Source: Spirochaetaceae bacterium (lineage in GTDB: Bacteria; Spirochaetota; Spirochaetia; DSM-2461). Taken from it: a stretch of 64,000 nt of DNA. The position numbers and the translations under genes were made by a program. Where the stretch lies: the NCBI GenBank assembly GCA_051531975.1, contig JAOPTT010000005.1:224001-288000 (forward strand), in the 5' to 3' direction. The first letter of the stretch is position 1, and each line of letters starts with the position of its first letter. Shown here in pieces: positions 1 through 9,498 of the stretch. The notes below the pieces were generated by a model that saw only the letters and a list, made by a program, of their open reading frames with translations, was not told the origin of the DNA and did no database searches.

Positions 1-51
1 TTCTCTGTTCATTGAGGCATTAAAACGCTCTTTGATTGTCATCTCTTCCAT
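1..51 (-). CDS. 5' end of a gene running off the window (MEEMTIKERFNASMNRE...), possibly uroporphyrinogen decarboxylase/MtaA-like family
   Basis: ATG at 51 preceded by AAAGGA; the N-terminus resembles the MTxxERFxAxM start of URO-D-family proteins; only 17 codons visible. Confidence 0.4.
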   Translation of the reverse strand, partial: MEEMTIKERFNASMNRE

Positions 52-166
52 GTACTGTTTTCCTTTGAATTGTAATATGTATTTATTTTGATATTAAACA
101 TTATATACCAGTATTATTGATAAAACTTGGTATATATTATCTATTTGTTAGAATATAATACCTATT

Positions 167-1042
167 ATGCGAACTCTTGATATTTTAAAAAGTAGTAATA
201 AACAGCTGGAAAAGTTTGGTTTTTCAGTTTTGTCTCATCCTGATTATAACAATGTAATAAGAGATCCCCATTCTCTGGATGTTATTCTTTTCTCCTGGTT
301 TATTTCAGGTAAGGGTAAACATTACATTGCAGATAATAAATTTGATATTAATTCCGGTTCAATGGGAATTACGCCAATTGGAATTACCCATGATATCCAA
401 ACCGATGGTGATATGACTATAATCAATCTGTTTATTAATCCAAGGACATTTCCTCTGCCGATTCTAACCGATAAATTTATGAGTTATCTACAGATCCTTC
501 TTCCTTTTAGGCAGACTTTTGCAAGGCTCAGGGAAAATGTCATCCAGATCAATTGTTCTAATCCAGAAATCATTACCGAGTTACTTAAACAGATACTCCA
601 TGAGCAGGAGAGGGAACGTTATGGTAACATAGAGGTCTGTTATGAACTTTTAAAACTCCTATTTATGCAACTTATAAGGGAGATAGTTGAAAATGGGCAT
701 ATATCAATTAGTAAAGTTCAAGGCAGGTATAGTGAAAAAATAATGAAAGTTGTCTCTTATCTAGACTCCCATTATATGGATAAATATTCCCTAGAAAATC
801 TAGCCCATATCTTTGGTTTTTCTAAAACAGCACTATGCGCTAATTTTAAAAAAGGAACTGGAAAGACTATCTTTGAATATATTGTAATGAAGAGAATTGA
901 GAAATGTAGTCTATTACTTTGTACAACCACTAAAAGCATAACTGAAATTGCTTATGTGACCGGCTTTAATGATATCTCTTTTTTCAATAAGAAATTCAAA
1001 GAACTTACGAGAATGTCTCCCGGTGGATTTAGGAAGATATAA
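167..1042 (+). CDS. AraC-family transcriptional regulator
   Basis: N-terminal cupin-like region; C-terminal double HTH (SITEIAYVTGFNDISFFNKKFK). Confidence 0.9.
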   Translation: MRTLDILKSSNKQLEKFGFSVLSHPDYNNVIRDPHSLDVILFSWFISGKGKHYIADNKFDINSGSMGITPIGITHDIQTDGDMTIINLFINPRTFPLPILTDKFMSYLQILLPFRQTFARLRENVIQINCSNPEIITELLKQILHEQERERYGNIEVCYELLKLLFMQLIREIVENGHISISKVQGRYSEKIMKVVSYLDSHYMDKYSLENLAHIFGFSKTALCANFKKGTGKTIFEYIVMKRIEKCSLLLCTTTKSITEIAYVTGFNDISFFNKKFKELTRMSPGGFRKI

Positions 1043-1074
1043 CTTAATATCAACACAAAAATTGATTTAAATAA

Positions 1075-1145
1075 TTGACAACTAGTTTTTATATGCTATA
1101 TTAAATGTTATATCATTTCGAACATATGTTATATATGATATGTCA
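1075..1145 (+). promoter_or_regulatory. sigma70-type promoter with two TGATATATCA-like boxes
   Basis: TTGACA 1075-1080, TGnTATATT 1094-1102; boxes TGTTATATCA 1106-1115 and TGATATGTCA 1136-1145. Confidence 0.6.
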
Positions 1146-1165
1146 ACATTAAAAAGGGACGAGTT

Positions 1166-4100
1166 ATGTTATTTAATAGAGATTTTGCACCACAAGAGGG
1201 GCTGGTAAAAAATATAGAGAAACCATATAGGGATGAGATCTGTCTAAACGGACAGTGGCAGTTTAATCCGGTTGAAAATTCTGAGGATCCCAAAGATCCA
1301 ACTCTTCCATCAGAACGTGATTGGGATACTACTCCAATAAAAATTCCTTCACCATGGAATGTTAATGGATTCTCAAGAGGTGGTGGAGGAGATTTTAGAG
1401 CATATCCAACATACCCAGAAAAATGGAACAATATTAAGTCAGGTTGGCTTAAAAAAGTTATAACAGTACCACATGAGTGGGAAAAGTGTCGTACTATACT
1501 ACATTTTGAAGCTGTTGCCGGATATACACAGATTTTTATTAACAAAAAAAAGATTGGTGATCATTCTGATTCCTTCCTTCCTTTTTTCTTTGATATTACA
1601 GACCATGTAAAACCTGGGGAGCAGATTGAAATACTGCTTTGGGTAATCCATAGTAGTTTTCTCGATGAACCTGGAAAGTATGGATTTAAAAAGTATGTTG
1701 CAGGTTCTTTCTGGGGCAGTTTTATCGCTGGTATCTGGCAGGATGTATATCTTCAAAAAGTTCCTGAACTGCATATAACAGATACTTTTGTAAAACCATT
1801 TGTGAGTAGAGATAAACTTGAAATAGAAGTTACTATAAAAAACAACAGTGGAATTGAGAAGGAGCTTTTACTTGATGGTTCTATACACCCATGGATAAAT
1901 AAAGTAGAAAATTCAAATACCACTACACCTGAGATTAATTGGGATCTTGCAGATAGCGTACTCTCTCTAGATAATAAAAAACAGACTATCCCTGGAAATA
2001 GCGAAAAGACATTTATAATTGAAACAGAAGTTAAGGATCGGTTAAAATTATGGTCTCCTCAGAATCCAAATTTATACGGTTTAGTAATGTCTATAGATGG
2101 TGTCGATAAAAAATATACCCGTTTTGGTTGGAGAGAGTTTCTTATAAAGGGAAAAAAAATTCTACTAAACGGTGAGCATATTCAAATTAAAGGTGACTCA
2201 TGGCACTTTACCGGTGTACAGCAGATGAGCAGACGTTATGTTTACGGTTGGTACAAAATGTTAGCAGATTGTAATGCTAATGGAGTCCGTCTTCATGCCC
2301 AGGTATATCCAAGATTTTACCTGGAAATGGCAGATGAAATGGGAATGTGTGTATTAGATGAAACAGGTATCTGGTTCAGCGATAGTGGGCCTAAACTCGA
2401 CTCTGAAGAGTATTGGGACGCTGCCAGGTTTCAGGTAGAAGGACTTATTAAAAGAGATAGAAATTATCCTTCAGTATTTGGTTGGAGTGTTTGTAACGAA
2501 ACAATTGAAGTAGTTAGAATGGTTTTTCATGCACCAAGAAGCATCCTTCAAAAAAATGTAAAAGAGATAAACAGTTGGGTAAAGATAGCAAGAGAGTTGG
2601 ATGGTACAAGGGATTGGATCTCCGGTGATGGAGAGATTTTAGCCAAAACTGATCTGCCAACAGTTATTACACACTATACTGGTGGTTTCGAAAATACTCT
2701 TTTTTCAAACCTTGGGAAACCCTGGGGAGTAGGTGAGACTGGTAGAGGATATTATGGTACTCCAAAACAGGTTTCAAAATTTAATGGGGACCGATCATAC
2801 GAATCACAGTTAGGGAGAATGGAAGGGTTAGCAGCTGAAGCTTTTCAGATAATTAAAACACAACGAAACCAGAAAGCCTCTTATGCATCAGTTTTTAACC
2901 TGGCATGGTACAGTATAAAACCTCTTGGTTTGGGATTAAAAGATCCAAGTAGACTTCCTGAATTAACAGATGGTATATTTTTTAACGAGTATAAAGAGGG
3001 TAAACCGGGGTATCAACCGGAGAGATTAGGGCCTTATAGTTCAACATTTAACCCAGGATATGTGCCACAAAGACCTCTGTATGAAACTTGGCCACTTTTT
3101 GATGCTGTAAAAGAGGCTTTTTCTGATGATTATAAATCTAAGAAAAACATTTGGAAAGTTAAAAAGAACAACAGAGTTAAGATAGATAAATCGAGTAAAA
3201 AGAGTGAAGTTGTAATGTTATCAGCTGATTCAAAATCAGTTGTAAAAAAACATTTAGAGAGGTTTGCTCTACGGTTCGAAGATTTTAATCACACTAAAAA
3301 GCAGCTTATATTAATTGATGGAAAAAATCCTCCCAGTTTAAAAAGTATTGAAGTTACTAAACTTAGAAGTTCTATGGAGAGTGGAAGTACAGTTCTATTT
3401 TGGAATACAGACGAGAAGTCAAAAAAACTTATAGAGTTTCTAAGCAAAAAAAATATAGAGTTTTATAACCGTGATGCTACTAGTTATTTAATAAAAGAGG
3501 GACATGCAATAGTTAGAAACCAGAGACACAAGGATTTCTACTTCTCTGAGATTAGTTCAGATCCTGTATCTACTAAAAGTATAGGTGGTGAGTGGGTTAA
3601 AGATTCCTCCCTTATTTTAGAAGCTTGTAATACAGATTGGCAGAAGTGGAACTATCAGGGTGAAGAGGTTAAAACTGGAAAAGTATATCGTAGTGAACTT
3701 GAAGAAAAAAATCCTGGAAATGTAATTGTTAGGGAGAGTATTGGAGAGGGAGAGCTAATAGTTTCAACTCTAAATACATTTAAATTAGGTCACCTGGAAG
3801 CAGGTAAAATAAAAAATATTGTTAAGAGCTTAGGTGGAAAATTAAAAGGTCATACAGCCCATATTCCTAAAGCATTAAACAGAAGAAATATACTAAGAAA
3901 TGTATTGCTAAATGAATCTATAGAAAGTGATAGTACAACCGTAAAAGCTAATCTAAAAGGAAAGTTTAGAATAAGTGGTAGAGGGGATAAAACCCTAAGT
4001 TTTTGGTTCTTTAGTTCAAGATCCTTAACAGATCTACTTATTGAACCGGGAATCCCTGTTTTATCCATGGAGATTAATAGTGTTTCTAGACTAAAAGTAA

Positions 4101-4303
4101 GTGTAAATGATACAGCTATTGATCCTACTGGATACGATGGGGAATTAACTACATATTTAGGTTTTCCTCTTGAGAAAGGGTGGAATTTTATCTGCCTGGA
4201 GCTACCTGATTCCGACATAAATAGAGATTTTAAACTGACTTTTAAATGTACAAAAAGAAAATTTCTTAGAGAAATTAAGACATTAGTAGATAGGGAAGTT
4301 TAA
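1166..4303 (+). CDS. Glycoside hydrolase family 2 protein with C-terminal extension
   Basis: LNGQWQF start, LHFEAV, GIWQDVYL, WSPQNPNLY, RDRNYPSVFGWSVCNE acid/base motif. Confidence 0.88.
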   Translation: MLFNRDFAPQEGLVKNIEKPYRDEICLNGQWQFNPVENSEDPKDPTLPSERDWDTTPIKIPSPWNVNGFSRGGGGDFRAYPTYPEKWNNIKSGWLKKVITVPHEWEKCRTILHFEAVAGYTQIFINKKKIGDHSDSFLPFFFDITDHVKPGEQIEILLWVIHSSFLDEPGKYGFKKYVAGSFWGSFIAGIWQDVYLQKVPELHITDTFVKPFVSRDKLEIEVTIKNNSGIEKELLLDGSIHPWINKVENSNTTTPEINWDLADSVLSLDNKKQTIPGNSEKTFIIETEVKDRLKLWSPQNPNLYGLVMSIDGVDKKYTRFGWREFLIKGKKILLNGEHIQIKGDSWHFTGVQQMSRRYVYGWYKMLADCNANGVRLHAQVYPRFYLEMADEMGMCVLDETGIWFSDSGPKLDSEEYWDAARFQVEGLIKRDRNYPSVFGWSVCNETIEVVRMVFHAPRSILQKNVKEINSWVKIARELDGTRDWISGDGEILAKTDLPTVITHYTGGFENTLFSNLGKPWGVGETGRGYYGTPKQVSKFNGDRSYESQLGRMEGLAAEAFQIIKTQRNQKASYASVFNLAWYSIKPLGLGLKDPSRLPELTDGIFFNEYKEGKPGYQPERLGPYSSTFNPGYVPQRPLYETWPLFDAVKEAFSDDYKSKKNIWKVKKNNRVKIDKSSKKSEVVMLSADSKSVVKKHLERFALRFEDFNHTKKQLILIDGKNPPSLKSIEVTKLRSSMESGSTVLFWNTDEKSKKLIEFLSKKNIEFYNRDATSYLIKEGHAIVRNQRHKDFYFSEISSDPVSTKSIGGEWVKDSSLILEACNTDWQKWNYQGEEVKTGKVYRSELEEKNPGNVIVRESIGEGELIVSTLNTFKLGHLEAGKIKNIVKSLGGKLKGHTAHIPKALNRRNILRNVLLNESIESDSTTVKANLKGKFRISGRGDKTLSFWFFSSRSLTDLLIEPGIPVLSMEINSVSRLKVSVNDTAIDPTGYDGELTTYLGFPLEKGWNFICLELPDSDINRDFKLTFKCTKRKFLREIKTLVDREV

Positions 4304-4338
4304 ATATACACATTAAAAGATGTAAACTAGGGGATAAA

Positions 4339-5802
4339 GTGGATTTAACAGTAAAAAAAGAGTACAGGGATTTTACAATATTTTTAAATAGATATAAAAG
4401 AACTATGGGTTCTATTATTTTAGGCTTAGGTCTACTTTCTTGTACTAGTGGGGATCTGGAAACCGAAGTATTACAATCTAGACCAAATGTAGTTTTTATA
4501 ACTGCAGACGATTTGGGATGGAAGGATATTGGGTGTTATGGAAACCAGGATATTAGTACTCCTAACATTGATGCTTTAGCAGAGAACGGTACAATGTTTG
4601 AAAATGCGTTTGTTGCAGCCCCTAGTTGTTCCCCAAGTAGAGCATCCTTTATAACTGGACAATACCCACATACAAATGGTGTAACAGCTCTAACCCACAG
4701 ATTCCCTGATAAAGCACTTAAAAAAACGGCTATTACAATGCCTAAAGAGTTAGAAAATGCCGGTTATTCAACTGCCATAGATGGAAAGTGGCACCCTGCA
4801 GTTTTTACCCCTGTCAGATCTTTTGGTTACCAAAAAAGAATGACAGGCTTTGGTATTTTTGCATCCAGTTGGAAAATTCCTAATGCAAAAGATGCTGTAA
4901 GATTCATTAGAAAAAACAAAGAAAAACCATTTTATTTAGAGATGAATTTTATACAGAACCATAGAATTGACCACGGTAAGTTTTATTATTCAGAAGATTT
5001 CTTTGTTGATCCTAATTCTATAACAATACCAGAGCAGTATGCACTTCCCGATTGGCCTGAGATCAGAGAGGATCTTTCTAAATACTATAGCCAAACAATG
5101 GAGATGGATAAAATTATAGGTGATGTTGTAGATGAATTAGAAAGTTTAGGACTAAGAGAAAATACTATGATAATTTTTGTCAGTGATAATGGTCAGCCAT
5201 ATCCAGGTGCTAAAATGACCCTATACGATAGAGGAATTGCTGTACCATTAATAGTTAATTGGCCTGAGGTAGTTAAATCTGGTGCTGTAATAGACGATTT
5301 AATAAGTTCAATAGATATAATGCCCACAGTTTTAGAAGCTAGTGGATTAGAAATACCAGATACAATAGAGGGCATTTCTTTCTACCCTCAATTAATTGGG
5401 GATGAAGATAAAACAGAGAGAGATGCTGTATATAGTGAAATGAACTACCATGTTAAATATATTCCAGGACGTTCTGTTAGAACTAAAGAGTGGAAGTATA
5501 TTAAAAATTATTCGGATATAGCTTTTGGTTTAGATGAACTTGATACTACGGATTGGGCATATAGATTAGCAGAGGAACCAAATCAACCATGGACAAAACC
5601 AAGGGTTCAGGAGGAACTTTATTATTTAACTAATGATCCTAATGAACAAATAAACTTAATAGATAATCCTGAATATGCTGAGGATTTAGAAAGGTTGAAA
5701 AAGATGCTTCTTGATAATATGAATTTTACAAATGACCCATACTTAGATCAAGTTTTTACATACGATTATAATGAAGATGATTATATAAAGAAAGTTAAAT
5801 AG
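4339..5802 (+). CDS. Cys-type sulfatase (N-sulfoglucosamine sulfohydrolase-like), probable lipoprotein
   Basis: PNVVFITADDLG, CSPSRASFITG, GKWH, SDNG; lipobox-like LGLLSC; GTG start after GGGA. Confidence 0.88.
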   Translation: MDLTVKKEYRDFTIFLNRYKRTMGSIILGLGLLSCTSGDLETEVLQSRPNVVFITADDLGWKDIGCYGNQDISTPNIDALAENGTMFENAFVAAPSCSPSRASFITGQYPHTNGVTALTHRFPDKALKKTAITMPKELENAGYSTAIDGKWHPAVFTPVRSFGYQKRMTGFGIFASSWKIPNAKDAVRFIRKNKEKPFYLEMNFIQNHRIDHGKFYYSEDFFVDPNSITIPEQYALPDWPEIREDLSKYYSQTMEMDKIIGDVVDELESLGLRENTMIIFVSDNGQPYPGAKMTLYDRGIAVPLIVNWPEVVKSGAVIDDLISSIDIMPTVLEASGLEIPDTIEGISFYPQLIGDEDKTERDAVYSEMNYHVKYIPGRSVRTKEWKYIKNYSDIAFGLDELDTTDWAYRLAEEPNQPWTKPRVQEELYYLTNDPNEQINLIDNPEYAEDLERLKKMLLDNMNFTNDPYLDQVFTYDYNEDDYIKKVK

Positions 5803-5817
5803 TATGATGTATTGAAG

Positions 5818-6615
5818 TCACGATTTCCTGAAACCTGTAGGGGTTTGACCTGTAATGGACTTAAACTGTTTACTGAAGCTAAAAAGATCACTATAACCAA
5901 GCTCACTAGATATCTCACGTATAGTTAAACTAGATGTTTTAAGAAGTCTCATAGCTGTGTTTATACGATTTTTTATCATATATTCATGGGGTGTACTGTT
6001 TTTGTACTTCTTAAACAGTCTTATAAGATGTTCCTTTGAGTAGTGCTTATTAGTAGGAATTTGATCTATAGATCTATATTTCCCTGGATTAGCTTTTAAT
6101 ACATCGCATAGATCCATAATTAACTGCATACCTGGGTTATCCTTTTCAAAGGAATATTGATACCCTATCTCGCTAATAAGAGTTTTTAACCAGACCTTTT
6201 TTTCTTTCTGAGAAACCTTCTCTATCCTCTTAAAAATTGTCTGAAGCATATTAAGATTAACCGATTTACAATAAAAAGGAGCTAGTTCATCCTCTGATAA
6301 AGTTACTGTTCTATTCTCTTCTTCTATAAAAAAATCTATCCAGAAAAATGTAAGAGGATTTTTAGGATCATGAGTAGCATAATATGATGTTGTTGAGTTT
6401 AAAGGAAGAACATATACGTCCCCTCTATTCAGTAAAAAACTATTTTCTCCACACTTTAGTTTTCCTGTTCCAGAATCTACAATCCAGATAACATATTCAT
6501 CACTTCCGCTCCATGTAACTCTACTGTCCCAATACCAGTTTTGATGACATATGTGTTGAGATAATTGTTTTATTTCTAAATTAAACCTATTCTCAAAAAT
6601 ATCAACTTTTGACAT
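5818..6615 (-). CDS. AraC-family transcriptional regulator
   Basis: C-terminal TIREISSELGYSDLFSFSKQFK; start placed at ATG 6615 downstream of AGAGGA. Confidence 0.88.
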   Translation of the reverse strand: MSKVDIFENRFNLEIKQLSQHICHQNWYWDSRVTWSGSDEYVIWIVDSGTGKLKCGENSFLLNRGDVYVLPLNSTTSYYATHDPKNPLTFFWIDFFIEEENRTVTLSEDELAPFYCKSVNLNMLQTIFKRIEKVSQKEKKVWLKTLISEIGYQYSFEKDNPGMQLIMDLCDVLKANPGKYRSIDQIPTNKHYSKEHLIRLFKKYKNSTPHEYMIKNRINTAMRLLKTSSLTIREISSELGYSDLFSFSKQFKSITGQTPTGFRKS

Positions 6616-6757
6616 ATACATTCCTCTTTTTGACAAGTTACAAGCCAGTTGTTTAATAATAACAGGGTTCCAATAATTATTCTATATATCAATATTTGAC
6701 ATATGTTTGTTTTTCTTTAACATGGTCAGATCATAAAACCGGTAGTAATATTAAAAT

Positions 6758-7720
6758 ATGAATATAGTTAATAATAGACCTATAAAACTTCTGGCCTTGG
6801 ATATGGGTGGAACAAGAATAAAAATGGGATTGGTATCAAATGGTGAGGTTAAAGGCCTTAAAATTATACCTTCTCTATCCCATCTACCATTTAGCGAAAG
6901 ATTAGGTATGTTGAAGGATGATTTAATCCAGATATGTTCACAAGAATCCACTACCATGGAAGAACTTGACGGTTTGGCGATAGCATTTCCGGCAATTATT
7001 AATTATGAGAAAAATGAAATTATTGATAATTATGATAAATATCCAGGTTCTGCAGGGTTTGATCTAACCGGTTGGGCAAAAAGTGAGCTAGGTTTAAAAG
7101 TTGCTATAGATAATGATGCAAGGTGTGCCCTGTTAGGAGAGGTGAACTTTGGAGCAGGCAGAGGTAACAAAAGTTCAGTAATGCTTACATTAGGGACTGG
7201 AATAGGTTCTTCAGCTTATGTTAATGGTGAGATTATTAGGGGTAACAGTGGTTTAGGTGGTTGCCTAATGGGGCACCAGACTCTAAATATTTCAGGGGAC
7301 CTATGTTACTGCGGTAATATTGGTTGTGCAGAGCTGGAAACATCTATCAAAACGGTAGTCCAAAGAATTAAAAATAGTAGACACTTTGAAAATAGTCCAC
7401 TAAAAGATATTAGAGATATTGATTATGAGATCCTGTTTAATCTTTTTGAAAGTGGTGATTTATGTGCAACAAAAATTATTAATTATTCACTTAAAATATG
7501 GGGGGCTCTTGCTGTATCTATAATCCATAGCTTCGATCCAGCAATCCTGATTTTAGGAGGTGGAATTATGAATAGTGGTAAATTTATAATACCCTCAATT
7601 AAAGAGTATATAAACATACATTCACGGAATAATGACGAGAGTATCACTATCAAAGCTGCAGAACTTGGAGACAGGGCTGCACTACTTGGTTGTCAGGTGA
7701 TACTAGAAGGAAAATTATGA
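6758..7720 (+). CDS. ROK-family sugar kinase
   Basis: DMGGT, DNDARCALLGE, TLGTGIG, CYCGNIGCAE zinc motif. Confidence 0.9.
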   Translation: MNIVNNRPIKLLALDMGGTRIKMGLVSNGEVKGLKIIPSLSHLPFSERLGMLKDDLIQICSQESTTMEELDGLAIAFPAIINYEKNEIIDNYDKYPGSAGFDLTGWAKSELGLKVAIDNDARCALLGEVNFGAGRGNKSSVMLTLGTGIGSSAYVNGEIIRGNSGLGGCLMGHQTLNISGDLCYCGNIGCAELETSIKTVVQRIKNSRHFENSPLKDIRDIDYEILFNLFESGDLCATKIINYSLKIWGALAVSIIHSFDPAILILGGGIMNSGKFIIPSIKEYINIHSRNNDESITIKAAELGDRAALLGCQVILEGKL

Positions 7721-9498
7721 GAAAAATTAATTATGATCTATACCCGGAAGTAAAAATAGAAGGGTTCCAGTATGAAACAGAAGTTGGATATAAAAATATT
7801 TCACTGGGAATTAAAAATAAAGTTTCTACTATAGATAAGAAGATAATTACTATAGTTGTGGAAACATACCCTGGTGTCAACGAAGAGGAAATCTTAATTA
7901 ATGTTACTAAATATTTAAATCCTTCACTTGTAATTAAATCTAACGAAGCCAATCTTTCGTTTTCTGATGTAAATGATCTGATTAAAAGAGACTTGACTGA
8001 AGATAGAGTCCGTGGATTTATGAACAACTATAATATGGAAGAGTTCTTTGATAGTAAAAAACTTGATGAGTTGAAAAACAGAATCGATAAAGTAGATTCC
8101 GGTGTTGTTTTGATCTTAGGAACCGGAGCGTCACTTATTAAAAAAGCCGATATGCTGATTTATTGTGACCTATCTAGATGGGAGATTCAGCTTCGTTATA
8201 GAAGGGAAGAGATAGCTAACTGGTGTGCAGATAATTATGCTGAAGATTTTCTTACAATGTATAAAAGAGCATATTTTGTTGATTGGCGTGTAGCGGATAG
8301 ATTTAAACAGAAGTTATTTAAAGATATAGATTTTCTCATGGATACTAATAAAACAATGGAACCTAAAATGATCTCTGGGACTACCTATAAAAAAGCACTA
8401 GAAATTGCAACATCAAAACCTTTCAGAACTGTTCCATATTTTGATTCAGGTTTATGGGGTGGTCAGTGGATGAAAGAGACATGTGGATTGGATAAAGAGA
8501 GCCCTAACTACGCCTGGTGTTTTGATGGAGTCCCTGAAGAAAATAGTCTTTTGCTTAATTTTGGTGAGACAACTATAGAGATACCATCAATTAATCTTGT
8601 TCTATTCCAGAGTGAGAAGTTATTAGGTGAGAAAGTTATAAGTCGATTTGGAAAGGAATTTCCAATCCGTTTTGATTTCCTTGATACTATGGAAGGTGGT
8701 AATTTAAGCCTACAGGTTCACCCTACAACAGACTTTATTAAAAAACAGTATGGAATGTCTTATACCCAGGATGAGAGTTATTATATTCTTGATGCCCAAG
8801 ATGATGCCACAGTTTATCTTGGAACAAAAACCGGAGTAGATTCAAAACAGATGATTAAAGAGTTAAATGATGCCCAGGGTGGAGGGGAAGCATTTGATAC
8901 TGAGAAGTTCATAAATAAAATTCCTGCAAAAAAACATGATCACTTTCTGATTCCTGCAGGTACAGTTCACTGTTCAGGTAAAAATGCCATGGTTCTTGAA
9001 ATAAGTGCCACCCCTTATATTTTCACTTTTAAATTGTGGGATTGGGGACGTGTTGGTATGGATGGAAAACCAAGACCAATTCATATAGAAGAAGGTGCCC
9101 AAGTTATAAATTATAATTTTGACACAGAGGCTATTTATAAAAATCACGTTAATAATATAACAACAATTACTGAACATAGTGAGTGGAGAGAAGAGAGAAC
9201 TGGTCTACATGAACTTGAATTTATAGAGACAAGGCGGCACTGGTTCAGTGGAAAAGTTCCCCATAATACTAAAGGTACAGTTAATGTTCTAAACCTTATT
9301 CAGGGGGAAGAGGCAATTATAGAGAGCCCAACAGGGGCATTTGAACCATTTATTGTTCATTATGCAGAAACATTTATTATTCCAGCAAGTGTAGGAGAAT
9401 ATACTATTAGTCCTTATGGGGATGCTGCTGGTCGTGAATGTGCAACGATGAAAGCATATGTTAGAAATTCTGAAAACAGTGATTTAGGAGATAATTAA
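7717..9498 (+). CDS. Large class I mannose-6-phosphate isomerase-like (cupin) protein with extra N-terminal domain
   Basis: WGGQW, NLSLQVHP, QDESYY, IPAGTVHC, LEIS; ATGA overlap with the ROK stop at 7717-7720. Confidence 0.8.
   Translation: MRKINYDLYPEVKIEGFQYETEVGYKNISLGIKNKVSTIDKKIITIVVETYPGVNEEEILINVTKYLNPSLVIKSNEANLSFSDVNDLIKRDLTEDRVRGFMNNYNMEEFFDSKKLDELKNRIDKVDSGVVLILGTGASLIKKADMLIYCDLSRWEIQLRYRREEIANWCADNYAEDFLTMYKRAYFVDWRVADRFKQKLFKDIDFLMDTNKTMEPKMISGTTYKKALEIATSKPFRTVPYFDSGLWGGQWMKETCGLDKESPNYAWCFDGVPEENSLLLNFGETTIEIPSINLVLFQSEKLLGEKVISRFGKEFPIRFDFLDTMEGGNLSLQVHPTTDFIKKQYGMSYTQDESYYILDAQDDATVYLGTKTGVDSKQMIKELNDAQGGGEAFDTEKFINKIPAKKHDHFLIPAGTVHCSGKNAMVLEISATPYIFTFKLWDWGRVGMDGKPRPIHIEEGAQVINYNFDTEAIYKNHVNNITTITEHSEWREERTGLHELEFIETRRHWFSGKVPHNTKGTVNVLNLIQGEEAIIESPTGAFEPFIVHYAETFIIPASVGEYTISPYGDAAGRECATMKAYVRNSENSDLGDN

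Noticed and set aside
6680..6710. Possible regulon box upstream of the ROK operon (tatatatca, tgacatatgt)
   Set aside because: Two or more mismatches in very AT-rich DNA; the adjacent AraC is a simpler explanation for control
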